Under the pieces are notes generated by a model. It was not told the origin of the DNA. It saw nothing but the letters and a program-made list of their open reading frames with translations, and made no database searches. Source: Candidatus Levyibacteriota bacterium (GTDB lineage: Bacteria > Patescibacteriota > Microgenomatia > Levybacterales > UBA12049). Taken from it: a DNA stretch of 62,316 bases. Every line of letters begins with the position of its first letter. Position 1 is the stretch's first letter. Position numbers and translations under genes: made by a program. Positions 27,472-36,435 of the stretch are shown here, in pieces. The stretch spans positions 1-62,316 of the forward strand of contig JAZDGF010000005.1 in NCBI GenBank assembly GCA_043807135.1. The letters are read 5' to 3'.

Positions 27472-28530
27472 ATGTTAAATATCGGAATTATCGGTCTGCC
27501 AAACGTTGGAAAATCAACGTTATTTAATGCTTTGCTTAAAAAGCAATCTGCTTTTGTTGCCAATTATCCGTTTGCAACAATTGAGCCAAATATCGGAATA
27601 GTACCGGTTCCGGATAATAGATTAAATATACTACAAGAGGTAATTAATAAATCAACAGGAGTAAATCCTCCGATATTTCCTGCAATTGTTAAGTTTGTAG
27701 ATATTGCAGGACTTGTAAAAGGAGCTGCTAAAGGAGAAGGTCTTGGAAATAAGTTTTTATCTCATATAAGAGAAGTAGATGTTATTTTTCAGGTAGTTAG
27801 ACATTTTAAAACTTCAAATGTACATCACATTACTGGTGCCCCAAATCCTGAGAATGATCTTCAGATTATAAATATGGAACTTATCTTTGCAGATCTTCAG
27901 ACTTTGGAAAAACAAATTGGGCCAAAAAAAATTGCCACGAAAGAAGAGTTGATCAGGTGGGAAGGAATAAAAAAACTTAAAGATGGATTAAATAAAGAAA
28001 TACTTGTAAAAGATATTGAGTTGACAAAGGAAGAGAGAAAACAGACAAAAGAACTGCAGCTTTTAACTGCAAAGCCAATGATGATTGTTGCAAATGTAGA
28101 TGAGGAGGATCTAAAAAAATATTTTGATAAGGATGTGATAGCAATTTCTGCAAAAACCGAATCTGAACTTGCTCAGCTTTCAGAGGAAGAACAAAAAGAT
28201 TATCTATCAGAACTTGGCTTAGATGAACCTGGTCTTGAGAGGATTATTAAAAAAGGTTACGCACTTTTAAATCTTATTTCATTTCTTACTGCAAGAGAAA
28301 AAGAAGTAAGAGCATGGACAATTGAAAAAGGAATAACAGCAGTTGATGCAGCAGGAACAATACATACGGATTTTTCAAAGAAGTTTATAAAAGCAGAAGT
28401 AGTCTCATTTAGAGATTTTGTAGAAAACAATGGTTGGAAAAAATCAAGAGATGCAGGAAAAAGTCGCTTTGAAGGGAAAACATATATTGTAAAAGATGGG
28501 GATGTAATAGAATTTAAAATTGGTACATAA
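27472..28530 (+). CDS. ychF: Ribosome-binding ATPase YchF
   Basis: It has GLPNVGKSTLFNAL, FATIEPN, DIAGLVKGA and a C-terminal TGS-like segment. Confidence 0.93.
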   Translation: MLNIGIIGLPNVGKSTLFNALLKKQSAFVANYPFATIEPNIGIVPVPDNRLNILQEVINKSTGVNPPIFPAIVKFVDIAGLVKGAAKGEGLGNKFLSHIREVDVIFQVVRHFKTSNVHHITGAPNPENDLQIINMELIFADLQTLEKQIGPKKIATKEELIRWEGIKKLKDGLNKEILVKDIELTKEERKQTKELQLLTAKPMMIVANVDEEDLKKYFDKDVIAISAKTESELAQLSEEEQKDYLSELGLDEPGLERIIKKGYALLNLISFLTAREKEVRAWTIEKGITAVDAAGTIHTDFSKKFIKAEVVSFRDFVENNGWKKSRDAGKSRFEGKTYIVKDGDVIEFKIGT

Positions 28531-28537
28531 TTCCTTC

Positions 28538-28566
28538 TTGACAATAATAACCTTTATTGTTATTAT
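28538..28566 (+). promoter_or_regulatory. Sigma70-like promoter
   Basis: TTGACA (28538..28543), 17 nt, TATTAT (28561..28566). The TTG ORF start at 28557 falls inside this promoter. Confidence 0.5.
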
Positions 28567-28592
28567 TCACAGCGTCAGAATTTATTTTTATT

Positions 28593-28937
28593 ATGAATGG
28601 TAACGAAAGAGAGAGATCATGTAGATATGCTGTGCCGAACGGGTTAAATGGCGAGTTTACAGTTCCTCTTATTAGATTAAAAAAAGATCGTCAGCTTGAT
28701 GCACCCTGCGAACAAATTTTTGGTCATGCTATGCCAGAAAGAATAGCAAAGGTAACTAAGGTAACTATAGGAGACGATTGCTATAGAGAAGTTGAGTACT
28801 TAATTAATCCGATTTGCGAGATAGGATGTACCAATCAGGGAAAAAAAGAAAAAGACATGGGATGCCCGTTAATGGAAGATGGAAAATTACCACAAGGGGC
28901 AGTTCTGCTTGAACCAAAGTTAAAGGGTCTCCTCTAA
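28593..28937 (+). CDS. Orphan 114-aa protein with 6 Cys, no signal peptide
   Basis: ORF trimmed to ATG 28593 (MNGNERERSCRY...). No family is recognised. Confidence 0.5.
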   Translation: MNGNERERSCRYAVPNGLNGEFTVPLIRLKKDRQLDAPCEQIFGHAMPERIAKVTKVTIGDDCYREVEYLINPICEIGCTNQGKKEKDMGCPLMEDGKLPQGAVLLEPKLKGLL

Positions 28938-28986
28938 GCTAGGTATTTGTTTGTAGTAATATTTAGAATTAACAACAAAACAACTA

Positions 28987-29015
28987 TTGCATTTCTAGGT
29001 TTTTAAAGGTAAAAT
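28987..29015 (+). promoter_or_regulatory. Sigma70-like promoter of rpsF operon, leaderless geometry
   Basis: TTGCAT (28987..28992), 17 nt, TAAAAT (29010..29015), 7 nt, then ATG at 29023. Confidence 0.55.
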
Positions 29016-29022
29016 TAGACAC

Positions 29023-29358
29023 ATGCGAAATTATCAGTTAGTATTGGTTTTAAGATCATCTTTATCAGAATCTCAAAGAAAAAAAACAGTTGAAACAATT
29101 AAAAATTGGTTGAAAGATGTTAAAATATCAAAGGAAGAAGAGATGGGACAAAAACCGCTTGCATATACAATAGGTAAAGAAAATGCAGGCTTTTATTTAA
29201 ACTATCATTTTGAAACAGAAGTTATTCCTTCAGATTTAGAAAAGAAACTTTTAAATCAGGATGAAGTTTTAAGACATCTTTTGATAAGAACAAAAGCAAG
29301 ACCAGTTGTCAAGAAAACAGAAGATAAGAAAAAACCAAAAGCTAAAAAGAAGGATTAA
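29023..29358 (+). CDS. rpsF: 30S ribosomal protein S6 with Lys-rich tail
   Basis: MRNYQLVLVL... is S6-like. It sits in the conserved rpsF-ssb-rpsR order. Confidence 0.9.
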   Translation: MRNYQLVLVLRSSLSESQRKKTVETIKNWLKDVKISKEEEMGQKPLAYTIGKENAGFYLNYHFETEVIPSDLEKKLLNQDEVLRHLLIRTKARPVVKKTEDKKKPKAKKKD

Positions 29359-29361
29359 TAT

Positions 29362-29844
29362 ATGGCACGCAGTTTAAATAGAGTTCAATTAATAGGAAAT
29401 TTAACCAGAGATCCAGAATTAAGGTATACGCCAAGTGGAACAGCAGTTTGTTCTTTTAGCATTGCAACTAACAGAGCTTGGACAACCGATGCAGGAGAAA
29501 AACACGAAGAAGCAGATTTTCACAGAATTGTTGCCTGGAATAAATTAGCAGAACTTTGTAGCCAATTTTTAACCAAGGGAAGAAAGACTTATGTGGAAGG
29601 AAGACTTTCAACCAGAAGTTATAATGCTCAGGATGGTACGGCAAAATCAATTACTGAAATTGTAATTTCAGATATGATTTTACTTGATTCAAGAAGGCCA
29701 GAACAGAGTCAGGATCAAGAATCAGAGCAGGAAGAAAAAACAGTTGAGAAGAAAAAGCCTGTTGTTAAGAAAACAGAAAAGAATGAAAAAGAAGAAGAAT
29801 CTCCTGAGGAAGAGCAAATCGCTCCAGACGACATACCTTTTTAA
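29362..29844 (+). CDS. ssb: Single-stranded DNA-binding protein
   Basis: It has the OB-fold N-terminus LNRVQLIGNLTRDPELRYTPSG and the canonical acidic tip DDIPF. Confidence 0.95.
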   Translation: MARSLNRVQLIGNLTRDPELRYTPSGTAVCSFSIATNRAWTTDAGEKHEEADFHRIVAWNKLAELCSQFLTKGRKTYVEGRLSTRSYNAQDGTAKSITEIVISDMILLDSRRPEQSQDQESEQEEKTVEKKKPVVKKTEKNEKEEESPEEEQIAPDDIPF

Positions 29845-29854
29845 ATTTTAAATT

Positions 29855-30109
29855 ATGGCAAAAGCAAAACAAGTAAAATCAAAGAGAAGAATGCAAAAAA
29901 ATGTAGCTCCAAAAGCATGCTTTTTCTGCTTAGAAAAAAGGGTAGTTGATTTCATTGATACGATTATTCTTAAAAGATTTATTACAGAAAGAGGAAAGAT
30001 TGTTCCAAGGTCAAGAAACGGACTTTGTGCAAAGCATCAGCGAAATTTAGCATCCTCTGTAAAGCACGCAAGACATTTGGCACTTTTGTCATTTGTCGAA
30101 AAGAATTAA
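29855..30109 (+). CDS. rpsR: 30S ribosomal protein S18
   Basis: CFFC...FITERGKIVPRSRNGLCAKHQR is S18-like. Confidence 0.92.
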   Translation: MAKAKQVKSKRRMQKNVAPKACFFCLEKRVVDFIDTIILKRFITERGKIVPRSRNGLCAKHQRNLASSVKHARHLALLSFVEKN

Positions 30110-30111
30110 TA

Positions 30112-30867
30112 ATGTTTTCTCTGCCGATTTCTCTTCCAGACGGATTTAGTATAAAAACTTCTGTTGGCAGTGATGTAAAAACAGGAGATATTCTCGCCGA
30201 AAAAAAGAGCTCTAAAGATGTTATTGTTCCTCTTGCAGAAAAGTTTGAAATTTCACCCAAAAAAGTGTTTGACGTCTTGAAAAAAGGATTAGGTGATAAA
30301 ATTTCTAAAGGCGAATTACTTGCAGAAAAAAAAGGAATCTTTGGCAAAAAAACTGCAGTTAGCCAATTTGAAGGAACAATCTTAAGACTGGAGGAGAAGA
30401 CTGGAAGATTGCACATTTCTTCATCTGAAAAAGGAGAAACAGAAGTTTTAAAATCTCCTATTGATGGAAAAATAACTTTTTGCGATAATACAAAGGTTGT
30501 TATTGAAACGGAAAAAGAAGCAGTTTTTGCAGTAAAAAGTTTTGGCAAGGAAACAAAAGGAGAACTTATTTATCTTAATAATGAAAATAATGAAAAGATA
30601 AAGTTTGAAGATATAGACAAAAAGGTTTGTAAGAAAATTATTCTTGCAAAATCGTTTGAAAGAGCCGCTTTTTCAAAAGTCTTTGGACTTGGTGCTCTTG
30701 CTGCAATAGGGCTTGAAGTTTTAGATGAAGATATTGATCATTTTAGGCAAATAGAATTAGATGCATTAATTCTTCAAGTAAATGAGAATTCATTTAAGGA
30801 GCTTAAAAATGCAGTCGGAAAACAAGTTTATTTAAATGGAAAAAATAAAATAATTGTTGTTTTATGA
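30112..30867 (+). CDS. Hypothetical protein with two lipoyl/barrel-sandwich-hybrid-like motifs
   Basis: ORF 30025.. trimmed to ATG 30112, just after the rpsR stop. It contains the repeated motifs VKTGDILAEKK and ISKGELLAEKKG, plus SPIDGKI. It occupies the slot where rplI usually lies and is ATGA-coupled to ctpA. Confidence 0.6.
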   Translation: MFSLPISLPDGFSIKTSVGSDVKTGDILAEKKSSKDVIVPLAEKFEISPKKVFDVLKKGLGDKISKGELLAEKKGIFGKKTAVSQFEGTILRLEEKTGRLHISSSEKGETEVLKSPIDGKITFCDNTKVVIETEKEAVFAVKSFGKETKGELIYLNNENNEKIKFEDIDKKVCKKIILAKSFERAAFSKVFGLGALAAIGLEVLDEDIDHFRQIELDALILQVNENSFKELKNAVGKQVYLNGKNKIIVVL

Positions 30868-32129
30868 AAAATAGAGTAAAAATCATACAAATTCTTGTTT
30901 TAATATTAATTTCTTTTTTTATTGGTTATTATTTTGGAATAAATAAAATCCAATATGATTGGAAGAATTATAAACCTCAGATTAATGTAACAAGTAAAGA
31001 ACCCCCTCCAGGTGTTACAAATATTGACTTTTCTCCTTTTTGGACAGTTTGGCAAAAAATCGAAACAGATTATTACGATAAAACAAAAATTGATCCTCAG
31101 AAAATGCTTAACGGAGCAATTGCAGGTGCTTTGCAAAGCTTGGATGATCCGTTTACAGTTTATCTTCCTCCTGTTCAGAATAGTGACTTTAAACAAGGAC
31201 TTGCCGGGCAATTTTCAGGAATTGGTGCAGAGCTTCAAGCCATAGGAAAAGATATAATTGTCGTTGCTCCTTTAAGCGAAACTCCTGCGGAAAGAGCAGG
31301 TATTTTGGCAGGGGACATTATTGTAAAAATAGACGGTAATTCAATTGCGGGCTGGAGCATTACCCAAGCGGTTCAAAAAATAAGGGGGGAAAAGGGGACT
31401 GAAGTAATTCTTACTGTTGTTCATAAGGATACAAATAGTAAGCAAGATGATATTAAGATAAAAAGAGATACTATAACCGTAAAAAGTGTAGAAGGATATG
31501 TAAAAAAAGTTGGAGATATTGAAAGAATTAATATTGGAAAAGATAAAAAAGATTTAAAAGTAGCTTACTTAAAACTTTCACAGTTTGGAGATAATACAAA
31601 TAAAGATTGGACAGATTTAGTTATTAGACTTGCTGGACAAATAAAAACAGATAAGGACGTAAAGGGAGTAATTTTAGATTTAAGAAATAATCCAGGTGGA
31701 TATCTTACAGATGCAGTTTTTATTGCATCTGAGTTTTTAAATCAAGGAGCACCAGTTGTTTTAGAAGATGATGTAGTTAATAAAAGAACTCTCTATGCAA
31801 ACAGAAATGGACAGTTAATCAGTGTTCCATTAGTAGTTTTAATTAACAAAGGGAGTGCATCGGCAAGTGAGATTGTTGCAGGAGCATTAAGAGATAATAA
31901 AAATACAAAACTTATAGGAGAGACCTCATTTGGAAAAGGAACAATCCAGCAAGCTGAAGATTTGGGACAGGGAGCAGGGCTTCATGTAACAATTGCAAAA
32001 TGGCTTACTCCTAAAGGAATTTGGGTAAACGGTAACGGACTGGCACCAGACATAGAGGTAAAGTTTGATCCAAATAATCCAACCCACGATATTCAGTTTG
32101 AAAAAGCAGTTGAAGAGTTACTAAAATAA
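30864..32129 (+). CDS. ctpA: Carboxy-terminal processing protease (S41) with PDZ domain
   Basis: It has a TM anchor, a PDZ segment (AGILAGDIIVKIDG), DLRNNPGG and the catalytic region NKGSASASEI. Confidence 0.9.
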   Translation: MKNRVKIIQILVLILISFFIGYYFGINKIQYDWKNYKPQINVTSKEPPPGVTNIDFSPFWTVWQKIETDYYDKTKIDPQKMLNGAIAGALQSLDDPFTVYLPPVQNSDFKQGLAGQFSGIGAELQAIGKDIIVVAPLSETPAERAGILAGDIIVKIDGNSIAGWSITQAVQKIRGEKGTEVILTVVHKDTNSKQDDIKIKRDTITVKSVEGYVKKVGDIERINIGKDKKDLKVAYLKLSQFGDNTNKDWTDLVIRLAGQIKTDKDVKGVILDLRNNPGGYLTDAVFIASEFLNQGAPVVLEDDVVNKRTLYANRNGQLISVPLVVLINKGSASASEIVAGALRDNKNTKLIGETSFGKGTIQQAEDLGQGAGLHVTIAKWLTPKGIWVNGNGLAPDIEVKFDPNNPTHDIQFEKAVEELLK

Positions 32130-32151
32130 CTTACTAATTTAGATCGCAATT

Positions 32152-33090
32152 ATGATAATTCAAAAAAACGTTCCTCTTAAAGATTACAGCAATTATAAAA
32201 TTGGTGGACCTGCTAGGTATTTTTTAAAGGTTTCAGATGTTAAACAATTAAAAGAAGGACTTTTAGAATGGAGAAAAATAAATAAAGATAACAAACCTGC
32301 TTTTGTTTTGGGTAGTGGAACGAAGATTTTAATAAACGATGATGGTTATGACGGTTTAGTAATTTACAACAGTATTTCAGGAATTGAAAAAAATGGTGAA
32401 TTGTTAAGAGTTGGTGCAGGAGTATTAGCTTCTGATTTATTAAAGTATTGCCTAGATAATTCATTGATTGGCTTTGAATGGGCAGGAGGATTACCGGGTA
32501 CTATTGGGGGAGCAGTAAGAGGTAATGCAGGAGCGTTTGGCGGAGAGACAAAAGATAACTTAATAAAAGTAAAAAGCATAAATATTAATTCGTTAGAAGA
32601 AAAAACAAGAGAAAATATTGATTGTATTTTTGGTTACAGAGATAGTATTTTTAAAAGCGGTGAGGCAAAAAATGAAATTATTACAGATGCAACATTCCTT
32701 TTTAAAAAGGGAGATAAAAATGAAATAGCAAGAATAATTGAAGAAAAAATAAATCACAGGAAGAAAGGGCACCCATTAGAATATCCAAGTATCGGGAGTA
32801 CTTTTAAAAATGTTCCGATTGAAAAAATACCAGGTAAATTAAGGAAAGAGTTTGGTGGAAAAATTAAATATAATCCTATTCCTGTTCTTTCTGCAGCGCG
32901 GTTTATTAATTTAGCTGGATTAAAAGGTGAAAGAATTGGAAATGCACAATTCTCAGAAAAAAATCCAAACTTTATTGTAAATTTAGGCAATGCTAAAGAA
33001 AAAGACGTAAAAGCATTAATTAATTTGGCAAAAGCAAAAGTAAAAGAAAACTTTAATGTAGATTTGGAAGAAGAGATAATATATCTTTAA
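32152..33090 (+). CDS. murB: UDP-N-acetylenolpyruvoylglucosamine reductase
   Basis: It has an FAD-binding N-terminus (YKIGGPARYF...LGSGTKIL), GLPGTIGGAVRGNAGAFG and the GSTFKN motif. Confidence 0.9.
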   Translation: MIIQKNVPLKDYSNYKIGGPARYFLKVSDVKQLKEGLLEWRKINKDNKPAFVLGSGTKILINDDGYDGLVIYNSISGIEKNGELLRVGAGVLASDLLKYCLDNSLIGFEWAGGLPGTIGGAVRGNAGAFGGETKDNLIKVKSININSLEEKTRENIDCIFGYRDSIFKSGEAKNEIITDATFLFKKGDKNEIARIIEEKINHRKKGHPLEYPSIGSTFKNVPIEKIPGKLRKEFGGKIKYNPIPVLSAARFINLAGLKGERIGNAQFSEKNPNFIVNLGNAKEKDVKALINLAKAKVKENFNVDLEEEIIYL

Positions 33091-33129
33091 TAATTATTTT
33101 TTAAAAAATACTTAAAGGTGGTGATAAAA

Positions 33130-33393
33130 ATGGCAGATAAAAATAATAATAAGGAAATGGCAGTAAATATTAATTTAGATAATACTCCAATCTATTACAC
33201 GGATAGTGTTTATATAACTGCAAATCCGGACGGTGTGGTTTTTGATGTTTTACAGAAGTTGGGAAATACTAATCAGGCAAGAATTGTAGCAAGAGTAGGT
33301 ATGAGTAGGGAGCATGCTAAGAAATTTGCAGCAGAACTTTCTAAACTTTTAGCAATTACAGAGGGTCATGCTAAAACAAATAAAAAGAACTAG
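33130..33393 (+). CDS. Small hypothetical protein (DUF3467-like)
   Basis: ATG at 33130 behind the SD AAGGTGGTGA. The family call rests on a weak resemblance only. Confidence 0.5.
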   Translation: MADKNNNKEMAVNINLDNTPIYYTDSVYITANPDGVVFDVLQKLGNTNQARIVARVGMSREHAKKFAAELSKLLAITEGHAKTNKKN

Positions 33394-33432
33394 TCGTTGA
33401 CTGGGAGTAGAGCTAAATAGTATAAATAATTA

Positions 33433-35124
33433 ATGGGTAGCGTTTTCCTCGAATTTACAGTAATCATTTGTTTGGCTGCATTAGTCTCACTTGTCTTTAG
33501 GTTTTTTAAACAACCAGAAATTCTTGCTTACATTCTAACAGGCATAATAGTTGGTCCTCTGGGATATTTCCATTTAGTAAATGTTGATTTTTTTACAGCT
33601 CTTGCAGAAGTTGGAATAACTTTTCTTCTTTTTATGATCGGCCTTGAAATTAAAATTACCGATCTTTCCTCTGTTGGGAAAATGACTTTAATAATTGGGC
33701 CTGCTCAAATTATTTTTTCATTCATTATTGCCTATATTATTTCTCTTTTATTTGGTTTTCCCTTTTTAAGTGCTTTATATATTGCTCTTGCAATTACATT
33801 TTCAAGCACGATTATTGTCGTAAAGCTATTTTCTGATAAACGTGAAATGCATGCACTCTATGCAAAGATGTCTTTAGGTATTCTTCTAATCCAGGATTTT
33901 TTGGCAATAATGTTTTTAATATTTCTGTCAGGATTTTCATTAAAAACAGGAAGCTTTGCTCCTCTTAATCAGTTCGGATTAATTCTTCTTAAGGCAGGAA
34001 TTCTATTTGGTTTAATAATTATCTTAAGTCAAAAAGTTTTTCCAAAAATAACGGAATTTTTGTCAAAATCACAAGAAACATTATTTTTAGGAAGTATTGC
34101 TTGGGTATTTGGACTTGCTGCCTTAGTTTCCTCTCCATATATTGGATTTTCTATAGAAATAGGAGGTTTTTTAGCGGGTCTAGCTCTAGCTAATTCTGTT
34201 GCTAATTATCAAATAATTGCAAGAGTTAAAATTTTGCGAGATTTTTTTATAGTTATATTTTTTGTTCTTCTTGGAGTGCAAATGAAATTTACAAGTATAG
34301 AAATGATTTTAATTCCTGCAGTTGTTTTATCGTTTTTTGCCTTAGTGATTAAGCCTTTTATAATAATGCTTGTGATGGGGGACTTAGGGTATCGCAAACG
34401 CACTTCTTTTTTAACAGGACTTTCGCTTGGACAAATTTCTGAGTTTTCGTTAATTATGATCTTTTTGGGATATAAATTAGGTCATGTTTCAGAAGAGGTA
34501 GTTGTGCTAGTTACTCTTGTTGGAATTATTACCTTTGTAATATCTACTTATGGAATTACTTATAGCAAAATACTTTATTCAAAAACTAGCGGGTTTTTGA
34601 ATTTTTTGGAGAATAAAAAAGATAAAAGAATTGAAGAAATTTCTTCTGTTGATAGCTTAGAGCATTTAAAGAACCATGTGGTAGTTATCGGTGGGGATCA
34701 AATGGGCCAAAGTATCTTAGAAGTTTTAGAAGAAATGGAGATAGATGTAGTTGTTATTGACTTTGATCCTGGAATTTATAAAAAACTTGAGAAGAAAAAT
34801 ATCTACAGGCTTTTTGGTGATATTGCTGATTTGGATATTCAAGAGCGTGCAAGAATTGATATGGCAAAATTGGTTATTTCAACCATTCCGGATTTAGAAG
34901 ATAATCTTCTTTTACTTCGTGAACTCCATCATGAAAACAGAAAAGCTAAAATTGTAGCAATGGCAATGGAGGCGTATGAAGCAAAAGCGTTGTATAAAGC
35001 AGGAGCAGATTATGTAGTGCTTCCATATTTGGCAGGAGGACGACAAGTGTCAGAAATTTTAGATGAAAATAATTTAAATAAAATTAAAACTTTAAAAGAA
35101 AAGGATAAGGCTTATTTAAAGTAA
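33433..35124 (+). CDS. CPA2 (Kef-type) cation:proton antiporter with C-terminal RCK/TrkA-N domain
   Basis: About 12 TM helices are followed by a Rossmann-like VVVIGGDQMGQSI...DVVVID segment. Confidence 0.85.
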   Translation: MGSVFLEFTVIICLAALVSLVFRFFKQPEILAYILTGIIVGPLGYFHLVNVDFFTALAEVGITFLLFMIGLEIKITDLSSVGKMTLIIGPAQIIFSFIIAYIISLLFGFPFLSALYIALAITFSSTIIVVKLFSDKREMHALYAKMSLGILLIQDFLAIMFLIFLSGFSLKTGSFAPLNQFGLILLKAGILFGLIIILSQKVFPKITEFLSKSQETLFLGSIAWVFGLAALVSSPYIGFSIEIGGFLAGLALANSVANYQIIARVKILRDFFIVIFFVLLGVQMKFTSIEMILIPAVVLSFFALVIKPFIIMLVMGDLGYRKRTSFLTGLSLGQISEFSLIMIFLGYKLGHVSEEVVVLVTLVGIITFVISTYGITYSKILYSKTSGFLNFLENKKDKRIEEISSVDSLEHLKNHVVVIGGDQMGQSILEVLEEMEIDVVVIDFDPGIYKKLEKKNIYRLFGDIADLDIQERARIDMAKLVISTIPDLEDNLLLLRELHHENRKAKIVAMAMEAYEAKALYKAGADYVVLPYLAGGRQVSEILDENNLNKIKTLKEKDKAYLK

Positions 35125-35126
35125 GC

Positions 35127-36035
35127 TTATTTATCAGCTGATTCTTCTTGCTTAGCAAGCGTTTGAATTTCTTTTTCTACATCATCTAAATTTCCATCAA
35201 ATAGAGAAGGTAGATTATGCCAGGACTTATTAATCCTGTGATCTGTCATTCTGTCTTGCGGAAAATTATACGTTCTAATTTTTTCCGCTCTCATTCCTCT
35301 TCCAACTTGAGTTGATTTAAGTGAAGAAACTTCACCATGTCTTTTTTCAATCTCTATTTCCCAAAGTTTTGCTCTAAGCAGCTTCTCAGCATTTTCACGA
35401 TTTTGAATTTGCTGTCTTTCAGTTTGGCAAGTAACAACGATTCCGCTTGGTTTATGCGTTAACCTTACTGCAGTAGATACCTTATTTACATTTTGTCCTC
35501 CATGACCTCCAGATCTAAAAGCTTCAAATTCAATATCCTCAGGATTTATATGAAGATCAATATCTTCAAGCTCGGGCAAAATAGAAACAGTAGCTGTTGA
35601 TGTGTGAATCCTACCGCGCTTCTCTGTTTCAGGAGTTCTTTGTACTCTGTGAACACCTGCTTCATATTTTAAGAGTCCAAATGCACTTTTTCCGCTAATT
35701 TTTATTACTCCTTCGTCTAAGCTTTCTGTCTTACATCCTTTAAGCTGAGCAAAACGAGTGTACATTCTTAAAAGTTCTTCTGCCCAAATTTTTGCTTCAT
35801 CTCCTCCTGCCGCTCCTTTTACTTCAAGAATTGCATTCTTATTATCCAAAGAATCATCGTTATTTTCAGAATTTTTTCCTCCATTAAGTGATTCTTCAAA
35901 TGCTAATTTTTGCTCCTCAAGACTTGCAATTTCCTGTTTGGCTAACTCAGCCATTTCAGGATCATTTAGTAAAATATTAGCTTCTTTTATTTTTTGCTCA
36001 ATTTCTTTGAGTTGAATTAATCTGTAGTCTTGCAT
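35127..36035 (-). CDS. prfA: Peptide chain release factor 1 (short, 302 aa)
   Basis: It has the GGQ motif ([12 protein letters not shown]) and a PxT-type recognition loop ([14 protein letters not shown]) rather than the SPF of RF2. Confidence 0.88.
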   Translation of the reverse strand: MQDYRLIQLKEIEQKIKEANILLNDPEMAELAKQEIASLEEQKLAFEESLNGGKNSENNDDSLDNKNAILEVKGAAGGDEAKIWAEELLRMYTRFAQLKGCKTESLDEGVIKISGKSAFGLLKYEAGVHRVQRTPETEKRGRIHTSTATVSILPELEDIDLHINPEDIEFEAFRSGGHGGQNVNKVSTAVRLTHKPSGIVVTCQTERQQIQNRENAEKLLRAKLWEIEIEKRHGEVSSLKSTQVGRGMRAEKIRTYNFPQDRMTDHRINKSWHNLPSLFDGNLDDVEKEIQTLAKQEESADK

Positions 36036-36044
36036 GAGGGTTAG

Positions 36045-36344
36045 CTATTTAACATTTAATAGCATTTCACGAAGTGTCTTTGGGCCACTATCTCTTTTCT
36101 TTTGTTTCTCAATTTTTTCAACTACCTTTGCTTTATATGTTTCAGCAACTTTTTTCTTTTTCTCAAATTTATCAATTCTTGATGCACTATCAACAAAACG
36201 TTGCTCGCCTGTATAAAAAGGGTGACATTTATTACAAAGCTCCACGTGAATTACTTCCTGCGTTGATCCAACATTAAAACGATTTCCGCAAACGCAGATT
36301 ACTTGTGCATTTTCAAAATATTGTGGATGGATTGCTTGCTTCAT
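36045..36344 (-). CDS. rpmE: 50S ribosomal protein L31 (Zn-type) with Lys-rich extension
   Basis: MKQAIHPQY...CVCG...CNKCHPFYTG. The start is trimmed to ATG 36344, which lies 9 nt after a minus-strand TGTATAAT. Confidence 0.9.
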   Translation of the reverse strand: MKQAIHPQYFENAQVICVCGNRFNVGSTQEVIHVELCNKCHPFYTGEQRFVDSASRIDKFEKKKKVAETYKAKVVEKIEKQKKRDSGPKTLREMLLNVK

Positions 36345-36435
36345 TACTCTTAAATTATACACTAAAGTAGGTGTTTTTACAAGAATAGCAGACGCTTTTT
36401 AAAAGGATAATAGTGTAAAAAAATGTATGAAGAAT

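Noticed and set aside
29982-30548. A 188-aa minus-strand ORF overlapping rpsR and the downstream gene.
   Set aside because: Its Ser/Phe/Leu-rich composition is typical of the antisense of a Lys/Glu-rich gene. The + strand gene is operon-coupled (ATGA) to ctpA.

The same reasoning rejects these ORFs:
- 58702..59331
- 58020..58433
- 51978..52370
- 42550..42906
- 21068..21364
- 14081..14583
- 10629..10955
- 61815..62000
30864-30867. Alternative genetic code (UGA recoded), as occurs in some candidate-phyla lineages.
   Set aside because: TGA clearly terminates genes in coupled overlaps: ATGA at 30864-30867 and GTGA at 19441-19444. All conserved proteins translate full-length with the standard bacterial code.
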